This document shows, one piece after another, positions 24,542 through 37,556 of a stretch of DNA of 64,000 bases (positions are counted from its first letter, which is position 1; every line of letters starts with the position of its first letter). The notes beneath the pieces are model-generated. The model saw nothing but the letters and a program-made list of their open reading frames with translations. It was not told the DNA's origin and made no database searches. The position numbers were made by a program, and so were the translations under genes. This DNA comes from Klebsormidium nitens (taxonomy: Eukaryota; Plantae; Klebsormidiophyceae). The stretch spans positions 124,001 to 188,000 of the forward strand of contig DF237042.1 of the NCBI GenBank assembly GCA_000708835.1, in the 5' to 3' direction.

Positions 24542-26291
24542 AGGGAGTAACACATTGACGCTACGTCAAGCTGGATATGGCACGAGTGGTTCAAACATAG
24601 ACCCGCAAGGTTCAATAAGTATGGACCATCATGCTAGCGTGTGGCCTGGACAAGCTATACCTCAAAAAGTTTTAGGAAACAAATGGTGTGTCTTCAAGGT
24701 GCCACGATTAAGCTTGCTAATCCAAAGGAGGGTAAATTTTGGGATCCTATATTGACCATGGACAGGCGCACCTCCAGGCCCGAAGGTCGAACTCTATGCT
24801 CTAGGCTACCGAATTTTAGCGGGGTACAAGCATATAGATACTCCGGTAGGCCAGGATATAGGAGCCCAGTGCAGGCAAAGCTGAGTACATACCTCTTGAT
24901 GTGCATCGCCGATGACGGAACGTATGCATTAGGCGATCTGTCATTTTGATTGTTGCGGCGCGATCAGATGCCTAGGTTTTACAATCACGTACACAGATCA
25001 GGTCTTGCCAGGTGCCCTGCATGGCATCCTAGCTCATGCATGGTGTTCCAATCATTCAGTCTTCCCTGGTGCAATGAAAGCCCACAATTTTAAAGCCCTG
25101 GTCAATGCAAGAACGATCCGATTCAAAGGGGCGGGCACGTTATTACATACATATTTACCGTCCATTTGTGGTCTGTATCGAGTCGATCAATCCTGCATCA
25201 CACTAACTTAATTCCGGAAAGCCGATCGCTGATTCGGCGGCGCAGCCATGATGGCATATGACCTGCATGTAGTGTCCGAATGCTGAAAGGTGTATATACA
25301 GCATCCGGCCAGTCCGGTGCGCATGCACAAGCACATGCAGGTCGCACCGAGCTAGAAGTCGGATCAACATGGCGCCGCCAAGGAGGGAAACACCAGTCCA
25401 TATGATAACATACATGTGATACACTTGCTGAGCCCGTAATCTCAAGGCGCGGCCGAACTGGCGCGTGACCAAATATGCCTGCATGATCGAAGCAGCGCGG
25501 TGACGGCGGGTTGTCGGAAACCTGCAACTTGCACATCGCAGTCGCATGTTTGATCGAAATCATTGCGTCAAGTCCGTGCACCACAGCGAACCTTATCTGT
25601 AGGGGAGCCAGTTGCGCGACCTGGGACGCATTTAGTTTGTGATCGATCAATTTTGGCGGAACGTCGTCAAAGTCCTGATATTCGTTCTCGAGCTCTGCCT
25701 AGCGACCACAATCTTAACTTCAGGCACAGTCAGTTACTGCTCTGGTTTCTGCCTCAGCCCCCTTCGTGTTGTCGCACATCGCAGGGTTTGCCTTCCGCCG
25801 ACTAGCCGAGCTTCATCGCATCATGGCCGCACGCGGCACTGCACAGAACCGAAAAGAACGTGGCATCTATCAGACCATTACGAAGGTCTTTACTGCGAAA
25901 CTGGTGCATGGACTGTGTGTTGTCATTTGGGGGACTGGTTCATCACTCATCATAACATTCAACGACTTGTTACCGAGTCGAGCACACCGCTTGTCCCCAG
26001 TACTAGCAGCTCATGAGTCCAGCAGACTCAAGATCGTGGATTTAACCTATGGAAGAATTGAGAGGCAGAGGCACAAATCGTTGACACAACGCAGCGCCCG
26101 CTTCGAGTCCTCCGTTAGTGCACCGAGTAGATGGCCGTCGCTTATTACCTGGAGCTCACATTCATACGCGCTTCAGATTTGCACCTCAGTTCTCTTGTCA
26201 ACCTGCAAGATATAGACGATGCCTTTTGAAGCATCTTCGTCTTCATGTTTACCCTCTCAAAAGTTGAGTTTGACGAAATAAGAACGCTGCA

Positions 26292-29200
26292 TCACCTGTA
26301 GAGGAGGTACCGCCCGTCTTCCAGCATCACCAGCGAGTAGTCATTCTCGCCGCTGTGTGCGTAGCCGTGCTCCGCTCCATACCAAGACACCTGCGACAGC
26401 ACGCAATCCACAGCTTCAAGAAAAAGCAAAGAGCGAAAGACACAACACGGAGAATAAGAGGACAGAGCAACTAGCTCAAGGTTGAGAAGATCGACGCATG
26501 CGACTCTGTGTTGGAAAGACGCCGACTCATTACCGCGTCTCTTTTCGGTATCTGCTGTCGTTGCCCTTGACCTCAGTGCTCGATGCGCAAAATGAGCCCT
26601 CTCACGTGCCACTTTTCCTCAGACGCCCTAGCGAAGGCGTACGGTTGAAGAAACGGAAGGTGCCGAAGGTAGTGGTTGTCTGCAGTAGCTGAAAACGCTG
26701 CCTAATTTCGTTCCCGATGCTCCCAAAGAAGCAGTCAGGAAGAAGCTTCTCACTCCTCCAAGTCGCGCTCACTCCAAAAGCAAGCTGTTAAGATGAGCTT
26801 AGCGCCAGCTTCTTACCGGCGCATCCGCAAATCCCCAGACCGTGAGCGCGGCCCACGGAACCCGCTTCTCCGCAATCAGCCGTCTGCAGGAGGAAGCAAG
26901 CCACGTCAGCAGGTTCCCGAAGACGTCAGCACGAAACGTCTCAAGAACTCCATGATGTCAACGACGGGAGGCCCTCCGGTTGAGAACCCAGTCGGACAAC
27001 GTCAATCTTATTCGGGCTAAAGAAACGGTTTGGGTATTTTGGGGGCAGGCAGTTAATACGTCCGTGCGGTCATCTGCAGATAGCAGACCCGTGAAGATAT
27101 ATGCAGGTTTAGGGTCATGAAGAGTGGGATAAGGGACGCAATCTGACTCCAAAACTCCGGGTTCGGCAATTTGATGGCGACAGCTTCACCTCCAGATCAC
27201 AATTTTCAAGGAATTTTTGAAAGATAGCCCCAGCATACATGTCAAAGCTGCTCGAAAACGGGCTCAAGAGACGCCTCAAAGAGACCCGCACGTTGTTAGG
27301 ACGAGCCAGATAGCAGTCAGTCAGGCAAACACCAGCTTTTCAGGCGCGTTGACCACTTTCAACGACTTTGAAAGACTCCGCACTACCAGAGGAACAGCGA
27401 AGCCTCAATGTCAGAAAGGTATCCTTAAAATTCTTCTCAGTGTTTTCAAATAGACTCAAATTCACCTTGCGAGTCCAATGCAGCAGAGGACCTGCGAGGG
27501 GGCTATAAGCCCAGTCCACCGTACGGCGCGAGCGGCCCCGTCCTGATTGGCCACGTGGCAGTCCGCAAACCAGTCGTGGTTGGAAGCAGGCTGTCCGGAG
27601 TCGACACGTGTCCCTGCCAGATCGGTCCGCACCTCTGCTCTGCAGAAGGAGGACTACGTATGAATAAACCCGGCTTTGAAGACCCTCAGGCAAGGACTGT
27701 CTAAGGACACACGAAGACCAGGAAGAGGAACTGAAACGGTGACTTTCGTAAAGGGCTTATTGCACTTCCAAAGACCGAGAAAGGGCTGTTGATTAGCTCA
27801 GTATTTGCTCCTGCAGGTAGAAATGAAGTGCAAAAGTAAGAACTTCAGAACTTGTTCCACACGACGCTGTCTGTACCTTCAAGAAGAGGCCATGGTACGA
27901 GCCCAAGCATAACTCATCCGAGAGCCCGTTCAGGTAACAACCATGATGTACAAGGCATCTGCTTGTCTTGGTACCAGCTTAACAAGGACATACGCGGGAA
28001 AGCTAGATACCGAATCAGCCTCGTAACGAGACGGCCTGCTGTAGTGCCTCTCTAAGCGTTCAGCCTCGAACCTAGTCACCTGACGGCAAACTGTTCCGGT
28101 TGTCCTAAGCTACCCTCCTTTCAAAATGCCGAAGATGATTGCATCCCTACCCTGCTGCTCCGCAAGCCACCGCCCCCAGCCACTCATGCAGCGCGAGGAG
28201 AAAGCGGTCGTCCGTTAGGAGATCCCCCTGCTTCGCCTCCGTCGGGGGACCCCCTGCACCCGCAGCCGAGTGTTGTCTGTCGTGCCGCTGCCCCTCTCCG
28301 CTCTCTTCCACGTCTCGTTGTTGCCCCGGTTGGAAGGCTTCCGGGAGCGTTTCACTTGCTGGAGGGCCGAACTGCGTGACCGGGGGTGTATCCCAGGAAC
28401 TTGCATCGGGAGTCCCCCAGTCAAACTCCATGGGCTGGGCCTGGGGAGGAGGGCCACGCTGATGTCAGGCTGACTGATCGTGACTGTTCACGTGGGCTTA
28501 ATCAGGCGGAAGAATTCTGTTCAAAAAAGAAAGATGGGAAAGTGAAGAGCTTACATGTGATTGATCAGCTGTGAAGTTGAATGTGTTTTGATGTGGAGGC
28601 GTGCCAACTTTAGTAGGCGTGTGAACCACCCAAGGAAAGATCAACCAGAATTCTAACTCATGGGACGTCGAGAAGGAGAAAGAGCAGAAAGCGCAGCTTT
28701 CCAAAGAGGTTACAGTCCAAGAGCATACCGTACGAGACAACTTTGACTTACTAGAAGTACAGACTCTCGATACGTCACACTATCGCGCTCGTGGACTGCA
28801 AGCTACCAGGCAAACTAGTAACCTGATCAAATTCGTGAGATTCTGATAGAAGTGCAGCACCTCGGCCGTTCAGTACATTCGGCAACTCGTAGCTTGTGGA
28901 TCCTGACAAGAGCACAGATGATCCGTTTTTCTAGCCCGTCAACGAACGCAGAGCTTGTCGAGATTGCCGACTAAACCTACCGACCAAAGCCGAATCAGTG
29001 CCATACTCACCGCATCCATGGCCTCTCCACGCACCGCCTCTCCTTGCGGTTGGTTCAGCATTGGCAGCCGCAGTTTCTCCACCGTTCGATCATCTCTTTC
29101 TACGCGGTGCTTGACTCCGGCCACTTCGAAAACCTCTAGAGGTTTGCCGTCCTTGATGCAGAGGGCGAGGAATTCTAGAGATCCTGCCCGCTTCGTCAAG

Positions 29201-30959
29201 CACTCCTGCACCCGGTCGTGCAGCTTCCGGCCGGGGACAAAGGACTTGGCGCGGAGGTCGATGGTGACGTCTGCCTGATGTCATCAAGGAATGACTGAAA
29301 CAACAAGGCATGTAAAGTGAAAGAACAAATATCGGACAGAGGCTCCGATTGTAGCATGCGGCGTTTAAATCTTTTCAGGACTTTAACCATGGGAAGCTTT
29401 ATCCAAGAATCTCCTGATTCTGATGACTTTCAGCTGTGCAGTGCTTCTTTACTGAAGGGCCAGGATCCCGCTGGAAGCACAGTCATCCAACCATTGCTTC
29501 ATTGTCAGATGGCCGATCTTTAATTAGTCCCAAAGACGAGCGCTGAGCCTAATGGGAGAGTCATGTACACAGGCTGACTGCCGAAAGGCCTTGGTGTGAC
29601 GAACTCTTCCAGAGGATACTGTGCCGATTGTGGGGCTGAAAGGCGGAGGTTGTTCCAACAAGGCCCAGCGTTTCGTAGCTCTGCTTCGTCAGAGCCAGGT
29701 GGAGCTTGCCTGAAAGGGGATGCAAATGAAGGAACGGGGTCAGATCCGGGATCAAACTTCCCAGTTGACGCGACGACTGAAAGGGAAGGACTTGGATCGT
29801 GGTTGCCTAAATTACCTGTTTTGGGAAGTAGGACGGAAAATGTCTACTCTCGAAAGATGAAGAGAGGCATTTCTGATTGGCAAAGCTTCTTGACTTTTGA
29901 AAAGACGATGATTAACAAGTGACATTCATTTCCCCACAGAAGATCTAAGTTGGCCAAACCTTTACAGCAGGCCTAGAAGAAGCCATTGAGTCGGCTTTTT
30001 GTAGGACAGGTAAGTGCTTAGACATCTTCTTATGGTGCTTCCTTGTCGTGGCATGCCGGTGATTTCAGCAGAAACAAAGCTGGTAGAAACACTCACCGTC
30101 AGGGGAGACAGTGGCAGCATCTGTGCGGTCGATCGGGGTAGCATTTGAGATGGCCACAAACTCGGCCGCACTCTTGACATAGGTTGATACAAAGTGGGGG
30201 CTCACAAAGGTGCTGAGAGGGGCTCGGAAGCCCTGGAAGAAAGGCTGGGGGGTTCCGAGGGCGTCGGTGTTTGTAATGACGAGCTGTGATAGGGGCAAGA
30301 AAACAGAGGGCTTGAATTGGAATTGCGTGAGCTGTGTCTGATCAGATGTATGTATGGATGCGAGAATGTGGCGCCTGACTGATGAATGCTGGCGACAGAA
30401 ACTTCACGTCCTAGGAGAAGTATAATTTGTGCGATCGATAGAAGCAAAGGAGAGATCACAAAAGGCTGGAGACATTGCACCGTGATTTGAATTGGCCATC
30501 ACAAGCCTGGCTGGTGGTAGAGCTCAGACGTCTCTAGACAGCCACAAGCTGGCAAGGGAGTCTGTGCTCCAAACGGAATGGCAGGTCACACGTTTCAGAC
30601 TGGTGCGTTCCGAGGCACAACTAGCGCCAGCTTGCCGCGATGAAGACAATCAGGTATTATCAAGTAGCATTCTGATTGACTGCTCTTTCAAACCACCAGC
30701 AGCAAGCATATGAACTGGGAAGAGCAGCATTTCAGGTCACATTCAAGCTGAGGCCAAGGTGGAGAAAGGCAGACATATGTACCTGCTTGGAGTCGCTGCC
30801 TGGCAGAACTGGCAGCAGAAGCTCCATGGCATTGTTGAAGGGGTGGTTGTGTACGTAGTTGTCAATGTCAGACTTGGGATGGTCAAAGCAAGATGACCTC
30901 ACAACTAGCCTTGGAGCTGGCGGGGCACCTTTGCTCCCCGTTCCGTCATGACGGGGCAT
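26292..30959 (-). CDS. RPP40: Ribonuclease P/MRP protein subunit RPP40
   Basis: Exons 30783-30959, 30097-30283, 29620-29709, 29011-29270, 28151-28440, 27466-27639, 26817-26883, 26292-26390 (1344 nt, phases consistent). Motifs: PRLVV..HPFNNAMELLLP, DGKLHLALTKQSYETLGLVG, VTIDL, EWLGAV, PWAALTVWGFADAPVSW..EHG..GENDY. The stop may be TGA at 26292, or a short extra exon may follow cag|gtgatg. Confidence 0.88.
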
Positions 30960-31390
30960 GGTGCTGCAACTTACTGCCACCACAGTACAATCGAAGTTTG
31001 ATAGAGTCAACAACGCCCTCTGTTGTTCCACCAAAAGGAGTTCACCATTGGCGATGCTACTCGGGCACCTTTTCTTGACAACTCTCAAACCTCTCCAACA
31101 CGCCCTTCTGTCGCCATGGCTTGTGCACTTGGAAAAATGTGCTGATCAGTACGGTATGATACCATGAATCAAATTCAAAGCCTTTTCAAGTGAAGAGCGC
31201 CTGCCTGTCGTTGTTCCGCCCTTCCATGCGCCAGAGCCGTTCCGCCGGACTCAAACGGGGTATCCTAACCGTCCGATGATATAGTAGTGGAAATCAACGG
31301 TGCCGATGCGACGATAGTCGTTACTGCACAGGTAAACTTTCTGTGCAGCCTTTCAGGTCAGCTTCGCAGTCTGTGCAGTCACACGAGACG

Positions 31391-34300
31391 ATGGCAGACA
31401 GGAGGCGGTCATCGGCTCTTCCAGAGAAGGCTGCGTTGTCCGTGCATGCTTTTTCCTCGGAGAATGGGGTCCACAAGGCCAGCAATGTGGTGCTTGACGT
31501 CCTCTACAGGTGAGTTTCCTTGCAAAAGTTGCTCGCTCTTTGGTAGTGTGATCCCAAATTACATTACATCTCTGTTCAGCAGGTTTCTGGCATTCATGAT
31601 GGTGGTGGAATTAGGCACATGCACTTGGAATAGACGTGATTTTAAACTCAAAAAAGCCCAGTAGGTCTCTGTGTCCATAGGCTTATCCCTCAGCACTAAA
31701 ACTTGTCGTGCCTTCCATGAATTGACCATGATATGGCACTGGACTCAATCAGATCAAGCCAGGCTTGACATGTCGTAGTCCCCTCCTGCTTACGTACCTA
31801 GTATTTACTGGAACACAACGTTCCACTGTCAACTGTACTTAGCCACGTTCTGCCACATACCAACTTTACTTAGCCGCGTACTGCCACATTATCTTCTTAG
31901 AAAATGAGACGAAATTACCACCTGGCCCAGCCGCCCCAGAATGTACACAATCCACCTTCTGGTTTCACGTGTCAAAGTGTGGGTGAGTTGGTCAATGAAT
32001 GGTGGTGCTTCTGTGACACAAGCCCCCCAACCTCAACACAGTAATTTGTATAGTGCGCCTGGTGAATTGAGCTTGAGCTCAGGCCCCAATTCAACGTGCT
32101 TGAGATGTACTTCTGTTAGTTTGTTACCTGCCGACGTAACTCTTGCTCTTACTCATATTCTGTATGCTCCCTTATTACAGGCAGTGGCAAACAAACGGTC
32201 CTACAGACTCTGCCTGGATCTCAATCGATCTGGACCCTCCGTCCGGCATCCAACGGCTGGCACTCAACAATTCTGGGAGTGCGCTTGTTGAGGCATATGG
32301 GTTGCAGGAGGGGGCTTCGGAAGAAGATGATGGCATCAGCGGTGACGTCAGCGGTTTTGAGATGCTGTTGCCAGCTCAGCAGTTCATGTCCGCTGCAGAC
32401 GTGCGCGAGAAGAAGAACACCAACAGGGAGTTTGTGTACGAAGCGGGAACCAAGTTGCTGAAGTGAGCTGGTGTGACTGGCCTGAAATAGCTGACATCTC
32501 AAACTTTGCCCACCATGCTGAATAGTTGCGGTAATCAAGCGAACGGCCTTCAGATGTGCACTACTACTTTTCTTGTGACAATTTCGCTTTTTGCGGCGGA
32601 TTGTTTTTGATCAACAGACTTGATGTCCTTAGGCCCACTTGAAAGCGATCCATTCTGGCTGAGCCCAGGAAGGTCCATCTACTTCAGCCCCCCAATTTGA
32701 GAACGCAATCGATCTGATCCGTCTTGTGCTTGAAAGCGACCGTTTCTCCTCCCTCTCTTTCTCATCAGTAATATTGCCCAGAGATTCTGTGATGTTGAGC
32801 CAAAATGTCTCCACCGTCACAAGTTTCCCAGCCGTTCTTAGATACAACCCGCAGCTTGATGATCCTTTCATGCTGCTCTGCCCTATCGTCGCTTGTACGC
32901 AGGGACGTGTTCAACTACAACTGTCTGAACAAATTTTGAATCAAGAAATTCATTCAGGCCCCAGCTGCCTGTCCTTGACCGTTGCTTCTCCATTCTTTGC
33001 AGGGCCGCAGCCGAACACAAGTGGCAGCGGCTGAAGCTCGTCTGTAAACAGCCCTTTGGAGCGCCGGAGGAGCCTATTGGGCTCGCACGAGTCAGAGTAA
33101 GCGCTCCACTCCTCGAAAGTCAATTGGCGGCTTTGTACCCGCTGATTCGAAGTGTTGGTCAGAACAGACCGTCACACAAAATGTTAGACCACAAACGCTT
33201 CGCTAGTTCCTCATATCAAACAGGACCACAATGTTCACAAAGGGCAAAGCACCAGACCGTTTAAGAAGGGCAAAGTTCGTAAAAGATTCTCCTAGAGGGT
33301 ACGGAGGGCCTAAAAGCGGACTCGAGATTGGCCTTGACCGGCCGAAGCATGCCCCTAATGCTATAGAGCCGTTTGGGGTTGCAGGTGTTCCCGTGCAAGA
33401 CCCCTGCCGAAGAAGCCGCAACAAACCGGCACGCTGCTCGGGAAGCCAAGATCCAAGCGGTAAGGGTTCTTTGCATTGCGGCATACGTAATCGCCGTTAA
33501 ACTAAGGAGGGGTGAGTGCTTGAAGGGGATTGCCGTTATTAGAATTGAACATTGTTAAAGCCTACTTTTCAGGTTCTTGAGGAGGCGATTCCGCTGTTTC
33601 ATCGTGGACGATCAGGGAGTCTCAGACATAAGATCCGTAAACAGACGTGACAATTCTGTGGCTCGTCTAGATTCTACAAATACGCTTTCCCACAGTCATT
33701 AGCTTCAGCTGATTGAGACACCGCCGCTGTGCTTTTTGCACATGATCAGCCGATTCCTGTTTGGTTCTCTCATCCGGAACGGGAAGGGTTCGAGACCTCG
33801 ACTTGAGCTCAATTTTCGAATCGCCAAGCGCCTCACTTTGCGCAAGACGGACTCCAGCTGATCGAGCTCAAACCCTGATGACGGTGCACACAAATCTACT
33901 GACGTGTTTGGAATAGAGAAAGAAAATATATCTTTCTTTCAGCAGGCGGTCGCTGATTCCGACAATCACCAGAAAAAGCCGCCCCCACCGTCGTTTCAAA
34001 TGCCCCTCGCCAAGCTGTCAGACGAGCCCGCTGACCTGGCGGACCCGCCGCCGAGGGATCCCCCAAAGCCGAGGGATCCCCCGAAGCCCACCGGTAAACG
34101 CGTCCTCCCGAGCTGGCTCTCTGGCTCGCCCTCAAAGCTCGCTAGCGGTTCCAGAGGTGGGGAGAGAGGGACGAAACGGGGCGCGGATGAGGGCCAGGAG
34201 AGAGATGCAAACAAGGCAAAGAGGGGGCAAGATGGCCGTGAAAGGGAGGGGGAGAAAAAGGAGCGGAAAGAGGTGGAAAGCAAAGAGCGCGGAAAAGGGG

Positions 34301-36676
34301 GCAAAAGCAGAGGCGGGAGGCATTCTTTTGCGAAGGAAAGCGACGATGAGGAGGAATGGGAGGAACCGAGCGCAAGGGCAAAAGAAGAGAAGGGGCGTTC
34401 TCCGAAAGGAACTAGAAAGGCGAGGGCGCCAACGCCGTCTGACGAGGAAGGCGGATCCGATGCAGACCCGGCATCCGGTCCGTCCAAGCGGAATGGCGAA
34501 ACTGGAGGGGGGCCCAACGGCGCGAAAGTGCCTTTTGAAAAGTTGCTAGACGGAGTGACGTTTGCAATCTCGGGGATCCAGAATCCGGAACGGGGAAAGA
34601 TTCGTGAGCAGGGGGAAGAGATGGGGGCCAAGTATAGGGGCGACTGGGGGGGGGAGTGCACGCTGCTGGTTTGCGCGTTTAAGGGGACGCCCAAGTTCAA
34701 CCAGGTAAGGTTGACGTCTTATGAGTTGCAAATTATGTCAAATCGGTTTCAACCCTTCAAGTCCTTTATTGGTTCGTAGGGAACGGCCAACCGGTATTCA
34801 CCCTCGAAGGTCAGGCTTTATGCGCGTTGCCAAGGGTTTTACTTTGTGGCCACCAAAGAGCACCAAACCTCGGGGCAAGTGGCAGGAAAGGGGCAGTATC
34901 TTTGCATTCCACTCCCGGTCGAAAACTTACATTTGCCTGGAAATTCAATTTCCAGGCCCTGAAGACCCTTTTGGAAGCAGATTCCGGTGTTCTGGGATGC
35001 AAGCTGCGCGATTTCGTCAGAAGCTTCGAACGCGGCCGGTCGGCATACTTCTAAACAAAAGTATGCGAAAGTTTTGTTTCGGAATGCACATATAACGAGC
35101 TTGTTGTGCTGAATTCTATCGAACACACAATCCGAGCCGGTGGACAGAGGTACTGCGGGCTTCTCTTCTTGCGATTGAAGCGCATGCCGTTGTACGAGGC
35201 GTTTGAGACGTTCAAACCTGATAGGCTGGTTGCGTCGTGGACATCTGGATTTCGACGGAATGTAATGGAAGTACCAATGCTCCACGTTCAGGGTCAAGAA
35301 GTTGCCTTCTTCGGTCGTGGGTGTGTCTGCTTTAACACTTCGACACAAATCGCCCTTCCAAATCAAACCGCCTGCCTGAGAGACGGGAGTTCATGAATTG
35401 ACATTCTTGGGATCAGATTTTGAGATCCTGCTGTTGGCTCCGTCGACGTTCGACAATCTGGTCAGTCGCTAGACGATTGTCGTGACTGAGCTTGTGGCGT
35501 TGGGGGTTCACTAGGTGACGGTGTGCGTGCAGCCAGATTCAGAAGCACAACAGAGCTGCACATCACACTGCTGTTGCTCACAAAAACACTTAAACCAAAC
35601 CTCCCGTCAGGTTTTACCGTAGTAAAAGTGTGGCGGCTTGAAGAATGTGACCAACGCTCGAGTGCAGGCAACTCCGAGGACGCGCACCAGAACAGAACCT
35701 TTTTTCAGCGTGGATCATGTGATCAATTCCGCAGGAAGTTGAGTCATGCCCTTGCAGCACCTAGAGTCATGCCCTCTTGCAACTTGCTCCATAACTGCAG
35801 GTCAAGAAGGCAAACGGAACGATTGTCGACCGAAAGTGGATCCCCGAGTGCCACAACCGGCGGGAGTTGGTGGATATCGACGAGCATCTGTTGCACCCGG
35901 GAAAGCCCTGGCGGAAGCAAACCGGGCAGAGCTTGGACGAAGGTCCGGCGGAGGAGGTGGCGCCGGAACGGGCGGAAGAAGGAAATGGAGGAGCGGAACG
36001 GAATGTTGCAGGGCGGAACGAGCAGAGCCGGACAGGAAGAGGGAGGGCGAAAGGAACGACGGAGGAGGAAACGAAACCGCTGCGGGTTTCGTCTGGCAGA
36101 ACTAGGGGCAGGGGGAACGGAAGGCGGGAAGGTCTGGGGTCCGTGACGGATGCTGACGTGGCGGGTTGGGTCACTGCTGACGTGGCAGCTGCGGAGCGGT
36201 TCTTGGAGGGGGAGGGGGCGGAGCCGGGGCCAGGGGAGACGATGCGCGAGTTGGGCGTGCAAGGCGTGCTGAGCTGTTTTGACTTTTTGGTGGAAGAACT
36301 AGAAGAGGGCCGAAGTTTGGAGGAAGCGAAAGATGGCTGGGTGGCTTCGCTCCCTCAGGGTATTGAGGTGGTTTGCGAGCAGGCAGATGGGAGTGCAGAT
36401 TCGGCAATCTCGTTGTTGCAAGAAATGAAGGGTAGATATGAAAAAGCGCTGCAAAGCGAAATCAATGGGTTGAAATCAGGCAACCTTATGAGTACTGAGG
36501 AACGTGAGCAAGCCGAGGATGGAGACTCGGATGCAGAGACGGAAGCTATAGCGGACGAAGGGACTGAGGGCGACGTTGAGTCCGATGTGCTCATTTTGAC
36601 GAGGCAAGAGATTGCGGCCGCCAAGCGAAAACTTGTCAAGGAATATGGTGGCGCGCGCGCGGGACTCTTGACATAA
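31391..36676 (+). CDS. XRCC1: DNA repair scaffold XRCC1 (734 aa): N-terminal domain, charged linker, BRCT1 and plant-type C-terminus
   Basis: Exons 31391-31509, 32181-32462, 33003-33096, 33385-33459, 33946-34704, 35801-36676 (2205 nt). NTD: FSSENGVHKASN..LNNSGSALVE..EMLLPAQQFMS..KWQRLKLVCKQPF..IGL. BRCT: KLLDGVTFAISGIQNPERGKIR..MGAKY..WGGECTLLVCAFKGTPKFNQVKKANGTIVDRKWIPEC, followed by LLHPGKPWR as in plant XRCC1. Confidence 0.95.
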
Positions 36677-37556
36677 CGCCCTTCAAAAATAATCACAAGG
36701 TCGCTGCGGTTTGCCAGATTCCGTTAACGGTACTAATCCTTTCTGCTCAATTGAGTGCACGTTGTCACTCAGTTGTGTCGCTCGGCAAGTTTGAAGTGTG
36801 TCAAGCAGACTTGCGTGGGTCCATTTGAGTTTTACTCCTTTCGACCGCGTTAAATGTTCGTGAATCCGCAACGTTTCATAAATTAATAATTGCGCGTCAG
36901 CAGGCGCCACTTACAAATCTAGAGGATAGCAAATCAGAGCTAGATAGATTTTGAGAATACGGTGGCCGCGCCTGTCCCTAAATAGTGCTGGCCGCGCGGG
37001 TCATTATTCAATGATTGCGCCAGCGGAACGGGGCCAGCAGCCTGAGTTTTATCATGGTTCCAATATGTAAACCGGCCGGGCGGCTTCATAGTACAAATGA
37101 TTCAGTCTAACATGCATGTTGACCGTTGGCATCTTCATGCCATGAACCAGTGTGCGTTTCTGCCGCCAGCTAAAGTCTCTGGCACATGTCGAGATCATGG
37201 ATTGCACCGGCCAACCCTTTAAACCTTCATGGTACGTAATTTCAACGTGACGGGGCCTGCGATAACGGTTGACGAGACGCGTATGGGCGCTGTGTCGAGC
37301 CGAGCTGCCATTCAAGACTCAGAATTAGGGTATCTTACAATTGAGCCAGTTCAGAAGGGAGCATCATACTATGATACGCAACTGATAGCGTGTGCATGCC
37401 TGTCCTGGATCAGTCGTGCATATGCCGGTTATAACACGAGGCTGCGGTTACCTGAATTGCATCTACTTTGCGACTGTGCATCGGTGCCTAAAACGAATTC
37501 AAGCCATTTTTGGTGTCCAGAAACAGACCCCTTGCTCCGCGTTTGAGCGCTCATCA

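Noticed and set aside
24641-26215. ORFs 24641-24949, 25198-25650 and 25766-26215 as a possible gene or transposon
   Set aside because: No recognisable motifs, no TIR/LTR/TSD and no coherent exon chain; likely 3'UTR/intergenic.
34050-34090. 18-bp coding tandem (PRDPPK x2) in XRCC1 and 12-bp tandem (EKVA x2) at about 8540-8565
   Set aside because: Ordinary slippage in low-complexity coding sequence.
33996-34700. 234-aa antisense ORF (also 35744-36262 and 59738-60102)
   Set aside because: Shadow frames of GC-rich, low-complexity exons on the opposite strand.
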